A stretch of 64,000 bases of DNA from the human T2T-CHM13v2.0 reference genome, Homo sapiens (GCF_009914755.1 NC_060935.1), one strand, 5' to 3'. Shown: positions 25,392 through 43,175, numbered from the stretch's first letter. Program-made: numbers and translations. Notes: generated by a model from the sequence alone, not told the origin.

Positions 25392-26159
25392 TTACCATTC
25401 TATTTCCATTTATTTTTACCAAAATAATGAATCTAGGTAACAATCATCAATGGCTGCTGAAAATGCTAAGTGAGAAACTTCATAATAGATAAATTAACCT
25501 GACAATACCTAAAAACAATTACGATTTTAACAACACAAAAGAGGGCAACCAGACATTATATGCTTCTCAATGTAACAAAATAGAAGATATATACACAACA
25601 CTACCGATGACACAGTCATGCCAGATAAGCATCTACATTTATAGGAAAGACAGGAGACAGAAAAATCCATTGAAAGATACCACAGTAATACAATCGCCAA
25701 ACTCCAGAATGTGTGAAAACTGACATAACAAAGGACTTGATTTCTTTGGATATTAAGCTGCAAGAAACGGGACGGGGGTGGGGGGGCGGGGTGGAGATTT
25801 ATAAATAAAGAGAGTCTTAAAAGACACTTCAAACATACTTAATGTTCTAATTTATTTGGATCATTGTTCTTAACAAAAACTGCCAACACTGTTAATGAGA
25901 TAACCAGGGAAATTTCTACATGGGGTATTTGATGAGATTAAGGGATTACTGATGATATTAAGGGATTATTTTTAGTGTGATAATGTTGCAGTTTTAAAAA
26001 ATAAACAGTCCTCTTTTAGAAATGTTACCCAAAAAGCTAAATATAGAATTATCATATGACCCAACAATTCTATTTCTAGGTATATACACAAAAGAACTGA
26101 AAATGGATACTCAGTGAAATAGACACTGGCTTTATCATGACAGGGATATTCACTCACTG

Positions 26160-28275
26160 AATATGCCCATTACCCAGGTCATGCTGGTTAAGGACACTCG
26201 TTCAGTGTGGACCCCTCATACAACATGACTGTAGCAAAACTGACAAACAGTTCTGGAAGCCTTATTAGATTTGCTATCTCAACTTCCTCTCATGGGTCTC
26301 ACAGATGCTAATAAAAAAACAACAGGTTCATTAACAGGAAAATGGTGAAAGGCAGATGGGAAAAGTCAAAGGACAAAGGTGGAAATGTTTAAAGGATTAT
26401 TAAGGAAGTGAGTAAAGAAAACACTGATGGGGTGAAACTAAAGGGAAAAAGAAATTTTGAGATAACACAGAATTGATACTGCAGATCAGTGGGGAATTAC
26501 AGTCTTTCAATTAAACATACTGATTAAACATTTTAACACAGCACTACCAAAGGTGGGTGGACCAAAGGGAACTCTGCTGATTAACCAACATTAAAGGGCT
26601 TCAAACAAGTTTCTTGCATTTACCCCAGTTTGGAGAAACTTTACAAGCTGAAAGGCAGAGACCACAAAGAGAAAGATGATCAACAATTGTGTGGGGCAAT
26701 GTTGAGGCAGGTTAATCAAGATAAAGACTGACAAACAGCCAAGAGTACTTTGGCTCAATCCCTTGCTGGGGACCCAAAGCCTTATGTACACCAGTGGTGA
26801 AGGGGTCAGGGTGTGGAGTAGAAACCTTTCTGGGGCTTCGTGACACAGAAGCACAATGCACTGTGATTTCAAAACCTGTTGATAAAGTCCTAATGGAGGC
26901 TATACTTAGGAAAGTAAGTGTTGATGGAATTAGGATAAAATTTTATAGGCGAGTTGTTATATCTGAAGCTGCTTCAATGTGAAGTGGTTCCATCTTTTCT
27001 ACTTGATTGTATTATGGGGATGGATACTGTATCTGCCTGGAGAATGTTCCCTCTACCTACTCCTGTAAAACAGAAGGCATGTAAACTTGTCCTTCAAGCA
27101 ATAATAATTAGACATGCTAAATGGGAACCAGAAAGATTCCCTGAGCCTACACAACAGAGAATTGAAGCTGAAGTGCTGGTAGGGACAAACTGATTGCGGA
27201 GCGTTTACCAGGGCTTATGGCAAAAGCCTGTGAGTGCCTCCCAGAGATGACTCCTGAGACTTTGGACTAGAGAATTACCACTTGAGGGGCATTTATTACC
27301 TTGCTATGAGACATTAATTGAAGCTACCCCTATAATTGAGGACATAAAATAATCTTGAAACCTGAAATACTCATGCTGTCTTGCTGGCGGATGTCAGAGA
27401 AACACTTCAGTGAGGATGGCAGTGCCCAAGAGAGTTCCATAATACAATGGAAATGGTTTATACAGGCTCTTGCTACCTGGAAAATGCAAGGAGGTCTTTG
27501 CATTCCCCAGGTAGCAGAAAGCCTCTTTTCCCCTAGGACTGACTCTGGAATTGTGTGAGGAACTGCTGGATCCTATCCACACTTTGACAGTTTCCCAATA
27601 AACAGCTCCCAATAGACCAATAAAGAGCTGCTTGGTTTGCAGATGGCAGTTCCAAGGTGAATGGACAACATCCTATTTGGAAGGAAGGACGCCAATGGGA
27701 TCAAAGAAGGTAAAAACAAATCAGCAGCATGTGTTGATTGCATGTTGTTTTTCTAGCAGTGATGGAAGAATTGAACAGTGATAAAAGCCCGTGTTAGGCT
27801 TTTTACTCACTTATGGGCAGTGGCCAGTGGTCACATGATCAGGCAGGAGAGCAATGGAAACCTGGCCTATTAAAGGGATGTCCGTATGAGGCATGGCCCT
27901 ATGGAAATTTGAAGGGCGCATTAAAGTAGGACATGTCGATGCCAACCAGAAGAAATCCCTTAGATGTGTTGATATGGGGGTACTGCAACAGTGCAGAGAT
28001 GGGCTGAGTCTAGACATGTTCCTTTTCCACCCTCTCAAGAACAAAACGCCAATAAGAACTGTTCTGTCTGCCAGGAAGAGAAAGATAGTGCCGACAGCTA
28101 TGGGGAGATTCCCTGGTGGCAAGGCCCTGAACGCTGCTGGCCAGTGAGACTGATGCTGGCAACCCTAGGGGACTACAAATGGGTCCTGACAGGTATAGGC
28201 ACTGACTCTGAACTGGGTTTTACTATCCCAACAGACCATGCAAATGCTTTCAGTGCTAAAGAAATACCACAATAG
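26160..28275 (+). mobile_element. Degenerate class III ERV (ERV-L/MaLR-like) internal region: protease, RNase H and integrase relics
   Basis: LRDTEAQCTVI (decayed DTG protease motif, about 26842), SIIQWKWFIQ, AWFADGSS (about 27630), IKVGHVDAN, CSVCQ, KWVLTGIGTDSELGF; many stops and frameshifts. Confidence 0.8.
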
Positions 28276-28909
28276 AACCATTTAAAAATTTCCACCTTCC
28301 TGGAGTGAGCCGTTTGACTCTCCCCTTCCCCATTCTTTTGTTAATTAACCTAATGTTTTTATTAGCATCTGTAAGACCCATGAGGGGAAGCTGAGGTAGC
28401 ATTTCACAGGAGAAGGGTGACAATTTCCCAATCTAAGATAACAAATTTGAGAGCAATGGTTACTCTCAAGCCCTGTTAAAGAGAGTATAAATAGGTAAAA
28501 AATTATTTTGGAAAAGACTGTCATTACCTATAAAGTTGAAGATAAGCGTATCTTAATACCTACCAACTACATCACTAGATATATACACTAAAAAAACTCT
28601 CGCATACAAGGACAAGCAGCATGAATCCGAACAGCTCACAGCAGGCTTGAATAGCAAAAGCTTGAAAACAACCCCAAAGTCAATCAACAAATACATACAA
28701 TGTGGTATATATTCAGACCATGGAATACTACACACCAGTGAAAATGAATGAACTACAGTTATAATCCTCAGCATGGGTGAGTCTCAAAAAGAACAATGTT
28801 GACCGAAAAAAGTTGCAGTGTGTACCAAGAGAAACATATGAGAATACTCACAGCAGCATCATCCAGAATAGCTCAAAACTGTTAACGGCCCAAATGTCCA
28901 TTAACACCA

Positions 28910-30350
28910 CCTCGCCTTCCTCCCAGAAGGTTCCAGAAGGTTCTCCTTGGTCTCTCCTCCCAGAAGCCTCCGTGGCTTCCAGAGTCCCATTCTCCTGGCT
29001 TTCCGTGGGCACTCTTCACCTCCCCAGACCTCTGAACATAGGCAGCAACCAGTGCTTAAGCTGCAGAACCTTTTCTTTCCCCTATACCCACTCCCTTGGA
29101 GAGCTCCTCAGTCTCACAGCTTTACAGAGCCTTTATAGGTTACGATTCCAAGTCCACCTACCTCCAGCCTGGACCTCTCCTCTGAACTGTGCACCTGGGT
29201 CTCCACCATCTTTCTGACACTTCTGCCGTGAATGTCTAACAGGCATTTCAAATTTAGTATTCCCCAAACTGATCTCTTCATCTACCATCTCAAATCTGCT
29301 CCACCTACAGTGATTCCCATCTTGGTTAAATGCTTCAGTTGCTTAGGAAAAAAATTTTTGAGTCACCTTTAACTCCTCTCTCTCTCACACAACCCTACCT
29401 CCTCAGTAAGTAAATCCTACTGCCTTTACCTTAAAAATAATATATGCCGGAATGCCAGCACTGCTTACCCTCCACCACAGCAGCCTGGCCTGGGTTCCCT
29501 AATCTGACCCATGCTTGTCACTACCTCCTCCCCCACATTCTGTTCTCAACACCACAGTCAGAGTGATGGAAAATGGAAATCAGTTTATATCATTCCTTTG
29601 CTCCAAACTCTTCAAAGGCTACCCACCTAACTCACAGCAAAAGCTAGTACTTAGGAAGGTTCTGAATGATCCACCTCCTTCTCTTTCCATGGCCCCATCC
29701 CTTTCGGCCCTCCTCACTCACTAAGCCTTAGCCCTGGCCTCCTTGCTGTTCCCTGAGCAAGCCAAGGTGCACTCCCATCTTAGGGCCTCAAATGACTTAC
29801 TCCCTCACCTCCCCTGCACATTCTTAAAAGTCCATCCCAGCCAGGAGCAGTGGCTCACACCTGTAATCCTAGCACTCTAGGAGGCTGAGGCGGGTGGATC
29901 ACCTGAGGTCAGGAGTTCAAGACCAGCTGGCCAACATGGTAAAACCCCGTCTCTACTAAAAATACAAACAATTAGCCAGGCGTAGTGGTGGGCGCCTGTA
30001 ATCCCAGCTACTCAGGAGGTTGAGGCTTGAACCCCAGAGGCAGAGGTTGCGGTGAGCGCAGATCGCGCTATTGCACTCTAGCCTGGATGACAGAGTGAGA
30101 CTCCATCTCAAAAAAAAAAAAAAAAAAGTCCATCCAATTGGAAATACAGTCCCCAGCACTCTTTTTTTCATTTCTTTCATTCTGTCCTTTTTCTCCATGG
30201 TATTTATCACATTCTAATATATTAATAATTTATTTACTTGTTGATCTTCTCCCACTAAAAAACAAGCTAAATGCAGGCAGGGCTTCAAGAGTGCTTGGCA
30301 CATAGTTGGTCCTCACTAAATAAATGCTAAACAATGAGTAAATGAACAAA
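28910..30350 (+). mobile_element. L2 3' fragment with inserted Alu
   Basis: ctctcctctgaactg...cctttgctccaaactcttcaaagg...gtgcttggcacatagttggtcctcactaaataaatg. Confidence 0.65.
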
Positions 30351-30353
30351 TGA

Positions 30354-30655
<302 letters not shown>

Positions 30656-30827
30656 GAACTTTTTAAGTGCTTAGAATTGTGCCTGCCACATAGCAATAGC
30701 TCAGTAATAAGCTGTTATTACTATTATTTTCAAAGGGCTGATGTGATTGACAGGGAACTCACATATACTTGGTTTGTTATTTTCTGCTAGTTCAGCAAAG
30801 GACCAAGACAGGATATATGGTACCTAC

Positions 30828-30960
30828 TTGCTAATACTTCCTTGTTGGCAGCACTCCCCTCTACTTCAGATGGTTCTGTAGCAACAGTGTCTTGACTGGG
30901 CTCCTTAACTCTCTCATCAGTGAGAAGGCTGACTGCCTGAGTAATGTCACCATTACTGGC
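30828..30960 (-). CDS. USP28: USP28 exon 3 (ASNGDITQAVSLLTDERVKEPSQDTVATEPSEVEGSAANKEVLA)
   Basis: 133 nt, tag|GCC ... A|gtaggt; frame continuous with exons 2 and 4. Confidence 0.95.
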
Positions 30961-31889
30961 CTATGGGAGAAAAAGACAATAGAAATTTCAAAAGTAATCA
31001 TAGAATTTAAAACCAGTTTTGAGTATTAACTTTATTACCCTGGTGACACACTGAGTACTTTCAGGCATAATTCTAGGGTAGAATTATGAGACTATGGTGG
31101 ACAGTAGGTCTAATGTGCTTGAAGCGTCTATTAAATGCCTCATTACAGGAGGGAGTTTCCATGCTCTGACTTCCCACAACACCCAAACAAAAGTGAAATC
31201 TTGATGGAGATTTGTTCCCATTGCTTCGGATACTACTACTCATGATTTCTCTGAACAGTCTAAAGCACGATGTGTCAAAAAAGGGGGCTGGCAATTAACA
31301 TAGACATTCTAAATGAAGTCAGCCCTACAATAAAAATGCCAAGCAGGGCAGGCGCAGTGGCTCACACGCCTGTAATCCCAGCACACTGGGAGGCCAAGGC
31401 GGGCAGATCGCTTGAGCCCAGGAATTGGAGACCAGCTTGAGCAACTTGGCAAAACCCCATCCCTACCAAAAATACAAAAACTAGCCAGGCGTGAGTCCCA
31501 GCTACTAGGGAGGCTGAGGTGGGAGGATCGCTTGAGCCCAGGAGGCAGAGGGCAGAGGCTGCAGTGAGCCGAGATCACACCACTGCACTGCAGGCAAGGC
31601 AACTGAGTGAGATTCTGTCTCCTGTCTCAAAAAAAAAAAAAAAAAAAAAAAAAGCCACGCAGTTACCTGTTTTCTAGTGGTGATCATTCTTGTTTTTAAT
31701 GTTTTATGAGGAAACATTTCTAACATATATACCAGGAAAGGGAATAACAGAACCCCATGTACCTATCACTCATCTTCAACAATTACCTAGTCACTTAGTC
31801 ATAACCTTTCTTATTTTCTCTAAACCTCCTATACTCTCGTAGATATTCTGAATCAAACCCTAACCATCTTATCACTGGTCAACATTTCA

Positions 31890-32183
<294 letters not shown>

Positions 32184-32583
32184 TCAGAGTGAGACTCCAT
32201 CTCAAAAAAAAAAAAAAAGTATATATATATACATACCTTAAGAATAACAACAGGTTTTTTCAATATCAGATAACCAGTTCAAACTTCCCTGACTCAAATA
32301 TTATTTAGTTTGCTGGTTTGGATCAGGAAATATAAGGCCTAAACAGTGCAACTGGTTGATGTTTCTTAAATCTCTTTTATACCCTGCAGGGTTACCCGAA
32401 CCACAAATCTCCCCCAGCCCCTTATAATTTACATGTTGAAGACATTGGGTCAGTCATTTGACCTGTAGAGCTTCTGTCCCTATATGTGCTTTAATTTGGG
32501 AATAGAAATAGCTTGAACTGACATAACTATAATATAGACAGCTGCTTTAAAGCCTCCTGACTAACAGAGATCTGGAAACCAAC

Positions 32584-32661
32584 CTTCAGAGCTTCATGGA
32601 GAAAGGAAGGGTCCTGAATGCCTGTGATTTCTCTCAGTTGATTTAACAGCATTTGGCAGCT
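32584..32661 (-). CDS. USP28: USP28 exon 2 (SCQMLLNQLREITGIQDPSFLHEALK; UBA-like domain)
   Basis: 78 nt, tag|AGC ... AAG|gttggt; phase 0-0. Confidence 0.95.
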
Positions 32662-32751
32662 CTATATTTGCAAAACAAAAAAACCACAAACATGTCAGTC
32701 AGAAAGTAAACCTGGGTACATTTAAAGAATAACTAAAAGCATCTTGGATAA

Positions 32752-32962
<211 letters not shown>

Positions 32963-33956
32963 TGATCCACCCGCCTAGGCCTCCCAAAGTCCGCTGGGAT
33001 TACAGGTGTGGGCCAATGCAAACGGCCCTGCATTTTTTTACTCTAAAGAACCAACAAGCTCCAAGAAACAAGGTATTGGCTGTCAGAAATATTCTGAAAT
33101 GCCAAATCTATTTCTCTTTTAAAAGTTCAATCATGGAAATACCTTTGGTACTTACGAAAGAAATAGATGACAGTAAAATTACAAATATATAAAACATTTA
33201 AATGTAATATTCTAGCCTTAATGGACACTTAAAAGTTCTCCAGGTTTTTCTTTTGGTAGGCAGTGCATTAAGTAGGGCATATAAGGAGTCCGGGGAATTT
33301 GCATGGATATAAAGATGTGCTATTTTAAGCTTTCCTGCACATGCCATTAGTGTGTATCATTTTTCACTGACAATAAGTTTCCAATCATGTAATTAACCAA
33401 TGATAACACCAACATATTTAAAACTCTGTGTTTGACTAATTAAAAAGTACAGCTAAAGCTAGAATTTTCTCAATTAAATACATAATTTCAAAGGGTATAA
33501 AGTATGAAATGTTTTCTCTTCATTAACCTAAATCATGGAAAAACCTAAATTGTTAACTTCCAGCTAACACAAAATCAGTTTACAACCCCTTCAGCCTTAA
33601 CATCTTCACTCTATCATTTTATCCTGTTTTACACAAAGACAATACAAAACACCGATTTGCAAGTACAGCTCAATCTAAACAACTGGCTGGCCCAACTTGA
33701 GACACAATGATCTTTTTAGATGAATGTTGAAAACAAAGTAGTTCGAAATTAATTCAGCAACAAGAAATCTAATTTATACCATTCCTAAGGTTATGCTTAA
33801 ATTAAGTTAGTAGTATGTCTCAGAGAGATAGCCTACATTTACTCCCAGCTATAATAGAAACAGTATCTTATGTTCTTCAACAGCTGTGGGCCCAATGCAA
33901 CACTAAAGTATTACACAACTAGAAATAACTAACTGAAACATCCCTCTAAAGTCCTA

Positions 33957-34070
<114 letters not shown>

Positions 34071-34991
34071 CTACTAAAAATACAAAATCAGTTGGGCGTG
34101 GTGGCACGTGCCTGTAATCCCAGCTACTCAGGAGGCTGAGGCAGGAGAATTGCTTGAACCCAGGAGGTGGAGGTTGCAGTGAGCCAAGATCGCGGCATTG
34201 CAACTCTAGCCTGGGCAACAAGAGCACAACTCCGTCTCAATAAATAAATAAATAAAGTCCTCAAAGAAGCACCAACAGTCGTTCTGCTGTAGTCAGACTA
34301 TAGTCATAGGCTACAAATGGAATCCTACCCTGCTGAGACCAGCAGACTTTCACGCTATGAGTCTTGTCAACTCCAGTCATTGCCTGTGCACTGGGAGAGT
34401 GATTATCATACTAAAAGGTATCCAGATTCAGCCTGAGCAAAAACTAAAATCGCAAGCATGTAATTTTTAGAAAAATTAAATACTAGTTGTTTTAAACTAA
34501 TTCTAATTCCATTTGATTTTACTGTATAAAAGCGGTATGAATCTATGTATCTCACACAAATCACACATAATTTTCTAAAAGATCAACATCAATATACCCA
34601 AAAAAGGGTGGAATAATCGAGAGGGGGAATCAGTAGTATATTAATACCAAACTAGCGTCAAGAAGGTAACAATGGGATAATCCCATCTTCATTGGGAATT
34701 ATTCTGTATAAAAATTAACATTTATGATTCAGAGAAAATAATCCAGTAAAAAGTAATAGCTAACATATACTGCTTACTTTTAGCCAGGTGCTGCTATAAA
34801 CACTTAGCAAGTATTAACTAATTTAACTCACTGAACCCTCATAACAGACCTATGACATAGGTATTACGCCTGTCCTACAAAAAGCTGAGGCACAGAGAGA
34901 TTAACTTTACACAAAGTTACTGCTGATAAGGGATGCACTATACCACGCTGTATCTGAGAAGACAAAAAGATAGGCAAGAATACCTATCTAA

Positions 34992-35216
<225 letters not shown>

Positions 35217-36246
35217 TGACCTTGATCTTTGCACCCTAACAAGTTTATTTTAAAAATCTGCTTGTCCTTATACAATCACAAGTTTGATTACTTAGTAGTG
35301 CAATCTGTTCTAAACCAGCTATCATCAGAAGTAGAGAGGTAAATATTACATTTGACTAAATCTAAGGTGCCATCGGTTGAAAACAAAGAAAGGAAAACTG
35401 CTGCCACTTGAACTATGACACAATGTCTTCACGGCAGTCCTGGGAGACATATAAATAAGTCACACTAGCTTCTTAAATCTCTGAACTTTTTCATTTATGT
35501 TGAGGAATACAGCAATTTCCCCTGCTTCCAGGAGCACTGCTTGGCATGTGATAGGCAATTCTTTCACATATTTCTCGGCAACAAAACTTAACACAGCATA
35601 ATACATTTATGCTATCTTCCCTTCTGGGTTGCATAAAGCACTTGACTGTAGCTTTGCAAGAAAATCTGAAACTGTAAACATTCCTCCAAAGGTAAATATT
35701 TTGCTTCATATAAAATCAAATTTATACCCCGCCATTCTGCTTCCATGCCTTTCTTCATACACAGGTTTTTTGGTTTTTTTGTTTTGTTTTAATCTCAATG
35801 TTGAATCACAGTGTAAATTTTTAAGTGACATACGCAATGGCAAGTAAACCATGTGGTACTAACAGACTGTCAACTGTTGTTATAACAATAGTAACAGCTA
35901 TGACCAGGTTCATACAAGTGCAGACAATGACAACATCACATCTGCTACTTGGATGATAGTAAAAATGTTAAGAACATCTTGATCTCAGAGATCTCAGAAT
36001 GCCAAATAAATGTGAATCAATGAAATATAGTATCCAAATACTAATTTACTAATTATTTACATTTGACCTTGGATTAAAGTCAGTTACACTGTAATATTAC
36101 CATTCCTCTTTCTCCATTTTGTAATAGGTAGCAGTGGACATCAATATATCTGGGATAACACAATCAGGAAAGGAAAATAAACTCTTTCGTTTCCTTTTTT
36201 TTTTGAGACAGGGTCTCGCTCTGTGGCCCAGACTGGAGTGCAATAG

Positions 36247-36519
<273 letters not shown>

Positions 36520-36957
36520 TAGAGATGACAACTATGTAAAATAATTTTGTATAGCTCCAACAACAATGTTCTACATGGAAATTCAAATCCAAATTCCTCA
36601 TCTTGTCATTCAAAGACCATTACCTGATCCCCCCTTAGCCTGTTCCACCTTTTCTCCTCTCAGTTCCTTACTGCAAACTCATTCTCTCATGCATAGACTG
36701 TTGCTCCTAAAATCACTAGTAATACCACCTACATTATTAAACTATGGTATGCCAACTACATTCAGGGGTTATATTTGTCTTACCTCCTCCATATGAAGTC
36801 CTTCTAAGAACTCTGGCCCATACTGTTCTCTCCCCTTTCTCATCTCCCATGTTAAGGAAATGAATACGCCTGTGACTGAATGTGGCTCCCTGTCTTCACT
36901 TGATATTCCTCATCATGTGGTTCTCTAATTGTTTTATTTTATTTTAATTTTTTTTGA

Positions 36958-37059
<102 letters not shown>

Positions 37060-37671
37060 TGAGCAGCTGGGATTACAGGCACCCACCACCACGCCTAGCT
37101 AATTTTTGTATTTTTAGTAGAGATGAGGATTCATCATGTTGGCCAGGCTGGTCCCAAACTCTTACCTCAAGTGATCCACCCACCTCGGCCTCCCAAAGTG
37201 TTGGGATTACAGGCATGAGCCACCGGGCCAGGCCTGTTCTCTAATTGTTTTAAATATGAAATTCTTGCCTTCTTTAAAGGAAGAATCATGCAGTACACTG
37301 CCTAATTTGAATCATCCATAGGACAGTGCTGATAATAATGAGAACTAACATTTATTGAACAACTACTTTAATTTTTTTTTCTTTTTGGAAATGGGGGTCT
37401 CGCTATGTTGACCAGGCTGGCCTAACTGCTGGACTCAAAGGATCCTCCCACCACAGCCTTCCAGGTTGTTGGGACTACAGGCACACATCACCATACCTGG
37501 CTTAACATATGACAGGAAACAGGCACCTTACATGCATGTAATCCTAATAACAAAGGCAGGCATTGCACACGTTAGGAAATTAAGGTTTACAAAATCTATT
37601 TATCATCAAATGACTTGAATTAAAAGCTAAATCAAAGATAGCTATAAAACACATAGCTATTAAGGGTCTAA

Positions 37672-37774
37672 GTGCTTGCTTGAGCAGTACATTAACTAAA
37701 ATTGGAACAATACAGAGATTAGCATGGACCCTGTGCAAGAATAACATGCAAATTCATGAAGTGTTCCATAATTT
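37672..37774 (+). pseudogene. U6 snRNA retro-pseudogene
   Basis: GTGCTTGCTTGAGCAGTACATTAACTAAAATTGGAACAATACAGAGATTAGCATGG...GTGTTCCATA aligns full-length to U6 with CpG decay; followed by an A-rich tail. Confidence 0.92.
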
Positions 37775-38917
37775 AAAAATAAAAATAAAATGTAAAGAGT
37801 ATGGTATGAATAACAAATTTCACATGCATTATTTATATACATATACAAATGCTATGACATGACCCAGTCTTGTAAAGATTTAGCTAAAGTTCTTAACAGA
37901 ACCCGCACTCCAAATCCTCGTACTATATATATATATTTATATAAATATTAATTTTACAGTAACACTAAACCCATCAGGATCCTACCATATTACTAACTCA
38001 CTTCACCTGAACTTCACAGAAAGAGGATTTAAATATTAACTTCACTCTACCTTGCTATATGTAAAGTACACACCCAACAAGGAGACAAGACAAAGCCTGT
38101 ACTCCTCTCACAATGAAGTCAAATAACTTGCAAGAGCCAACAGGTTTGCATTTCCTGAGCTAAATTCACATTGTTTTCACAAAACAAAAAGTACTCCCTT
38201 TTCTTGCCCAGAGGCAGTAAAGAAAGACAGGCAAACACAAACCTTTACCAGGAAGGAACTCAAGCTTTTTGACCTCACTGCTACTCAGTGGTTTTGGTGC
38301 AATCTAGCCCACTTCTCAGGAAGGAGATTTTCTTAGAGCAAAAACAACTCACCCACAATCAGCAATTAACAAGATTATTCAGACACTAAAAACCTTAAGC
38401 TATCAAGTTTCTGTAACAATCAATACCTGGCCTGATCCCACAGTAACTAGGTTAAAACTCTCTGATGAAATAATGCAAAATATTTCATTACTAATCGTTA
38501 AAACTCCTAATTTAGCATTGTGATGAGAAGCTTTATAGGTTATTCCATTCCTTCAAACAGTGATGCTATTTTCATCATTCTGATGCACATATTTCCTGAT
38601 ATCAATTGTCTAGTCTTACAAAGACATTTCTAAATTTACAACTAAGTAAATAATTAATAAATGTTCCCTTACTCCAAAGAACTACCAAGGTGTGCCTAAT
38701 AAAATTCCTTCCAAAGCTAAAGATCTGGTTCGCAATTATAAAATAAAACTTAAGTACCCAAGGGAAGCAAAAAAAAAAAAAGAAAAAACAAAAAACAAAA
38801 ACAAAACCAACTGAAGAGTCAAAGAAAACATATAGTATCAATGCCAAAAACTCTGGCCAGGTGCAGTGGCTCATGCCTGTGATCCCAGCACTTTGGAAGG
38901 TGAAGGCAGGCGGATCA

Positions 38918-39229
<312 letters not shown>

Positions 39230-40430
39230 TCAGGAGCCCGAGGCCATCCTGGCTAACACAGTGAAACTCCGTCTCTACTAAAAACACAAAAAATTAGATG
39301 GGCGAGGTGGCAGGCACCGGTAGTCCCAGCTACTCGGGAGGCTGAGGCAGGAGAACCTGGCGTGAACCTGGAGGTGGAGGTTGCAGTGAGCCAAGATCGC
39401 ACCACTGCATTCCACTCCAGCCTGGGCGACAAAGCGAGACTACACCTCAAAAAAAAAAAAAAAACCACCTCTGTCTGGACAACAGAGATGGTTGCTAACC
39501 TTTCCAACCTCCATAAAACAAGGAATGGCCCTCAAAAGCCTTGGTATTTTTTCAGTTTTTCTTCCAGCAACAATGCCCTGCTGATCCAATTTATTCATGG
39601 AATAGAAACCTAAAGTAGCCATAAGAATATGGCTGTCTAAAAAAGATAAACAGCAGCTTTCTGTGGACACAGCTAAATTCCCTGAAATAGACTACTTGAT
39701 AATTTTTGTGAATGATGCAAATGTCAGTACATGATGAAAATGCCTGTTTGAGTTTATTAACTGGCTTAAAGTTTTTAAAAACCATTAAAAGTGTTTAAAA
39801 TTTAGCCACTATTATATCATGTAGAGGGGTTAAAACTGGGACTTAAAAACAAGAAAAAAAAGGAATTAATCATTATTTACTTTTTAAATTTTTTCCATCT
39901 CTTTCTTCACATGTACTAAGAGATTCCAATAGTACAAAAGGGTATAAAATGAAAAGGAAATCACCTTCTTCCCGACCTAGTTCTATTTCCCAGGGGCTAC
40001 TACCATTAACAGTTTCTGTTATCTTTCCCGAAATTGTCTATGCACATGAATATATTTTTTCATATGATACATAATGTCCTATACCTTGCTTTTTCCTTAT
40101 TTTAGAATACATTAAGACAATATTTTTCATTTCTTTGAATACATGTTCCAACTAAATATGAGAAATGAGGCTGACAAACATATCGAACACATCTCCAAAA
40201 ATGAAGGAAAATACAATTTTTAACAACATATTGGTAGGGCTAATTGAAAAACTGGGAAAATATCAGGGAAAGATATGAGAAATCAAATTTACATGCTTAC
40301 AGTTTTAGAAATATAGCAATGGTAAAATTTTAAGTTATTACTAGCTGGGTCTTCGTGTGTAGTTTCTATTTTTAATAAATAACAGAGATTGCTGGGTGTG
40401 GTGGCTCACGCCTGTAATCCCAGCACTTTA

Positions 40431-40692
<262 letters not shown>

Positions 40693-41661
40693 TCAGAGAG
40701 GTGATGTGGGATTTGATTACAAAGGGTTCTAAATGTCAGGAAGAGTTTAGGTTTGATCTGATGAACAATGGATAATCACTGCAGGCTCCTCAGCAGGGAA
40801 GATATACGAAGGAAGAAAAGGCATTTAAGTGGATTAATCTAGCCCACGTGAACAACTGGTTCAACGTGGGATGACACTAGGAAAAGAAAGCTTGAGTTAC
40901 AGGGCTACTGAGTAAACGAACTGTGACGAGAGAGGCAGGATGCTGGTAGGCAAAACATCAAAGTAGGACATACTCTGAACATCTCAAAGAATGAAGAGAG
41001 AAAGCTTAGTCATACATTTGCAATGGATGCCTAAGAGAATGCCATTGCCAATAACATAAAAGGAAACCAAACAATGTGATATACCACACCAACAGAATGA
41101 AGGAGAAAAAAAACAATGGTCACCTTGATTGATACAGAAAAACATCTGACAAAATCCAACACACATTCATAATAAAAACAATCAGAAAACTAGGAATAAA
41201 AGGTAATTCCCTCAACATGATACAGGGCCTTTATAAAAAAACCAAGAGTTAAGATCATATTCAATGGTGAAAGGCTGAAAGCTTTACCCCTAAAATCAGG
41301 AACAAGACAAAGATGCCCACTTTCACCACTGCTATTCAACACTGTACTGGAAGTTTAAGCCAGAGCAACCAGGCAAGAATAAAAAATAAATGGCACCTAA
41401 ATTATAAAGTATAAAAAAGTAAAACAGTATTCACAAAATGACATGATCCTATATATACAAAATCCCAAAGATTCTGCAAAAAAGTTACCAGAGCTGGTAA
41501 ACAAATTCAGCAGCTTCAAGGTAAACAGGCAAAATTCAGTTGTGTTTTTATAAAACAGCAATAAGAAATCAAAAAGGAAATTAAAAAAAAATTACATTTA
41601 CAATAGCATCCTAAAGAATAAAATACTTAGGAATAAATTTGACCAAAGAGGTAAAAAACCT

Positions 41662-42629
<968 letters not shown>

Positions 42630-42645
42630 TCATGAACTGGAAAAC

Positions 42646-43175
42646 TGTACTAGTCAGAGTTCCCCAGAGAAACAGAAGCAAAAGGAGATAAATATAAGAG
42701 GTGAAATTTATTATAAGGAATTGGCTCACATGACTGCGGAGACTGAGAAGTCTCAAGATCTGCAGTTAGCAAGCTGGAGAACCAGGAGACCAGCGGTGTA
42801 GTGTTAGTGTAAGTATGAGACCCAAGAACCAGGAAAGTTGAGTGTGTAAGTTCCAGTCTGAGTCTGAAGTCCTGTGAACCAAAAGAGCTGATGGTTGTCT
42901 AAGTTCCAGTGCCAGGACCAAGGAAAATCAATGTCCCAGCTCAAGTAGTCAGGCAAGCAAAGTTTCCTCTTACTCAGCATTTTTGTTCTATTCAGGTCTT
43001 GATTGAATGAGGCCCACTACCCACATTAGGGAGTTCAAACTGCTCTACACAGTCTACTGATTCAATGTTAATCTTATCCAGAATCACGCTCACAGACACA
43101 CCTAGAATAATGTTTGACCAAATGTCTGCATACATACCTCATGGCCCAGTCAACTGACACATTAACTTAACCATC
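42646..43175 (-). mobile_element. MLT2-family solo LTR (HERV-L type) inserted in L1
   Basis: Typical MLT2 segments: tagtcagagttccccagagaaacaga...aaggaattggctcac...cccacattagggag...ttaaccatca. Confidence 0.85.

Noticed and set aside
28777-29217. 146-aa ORF
   Set aside because: Spans an L1/L2 relic junction; no recognisable domain
37672-37774. Functional U6 gene
   Set aside because: Many substitutions, a deletion next to the ACAGAGA box, an A-rich tail and no recognisable PSE indicate a retrocopy
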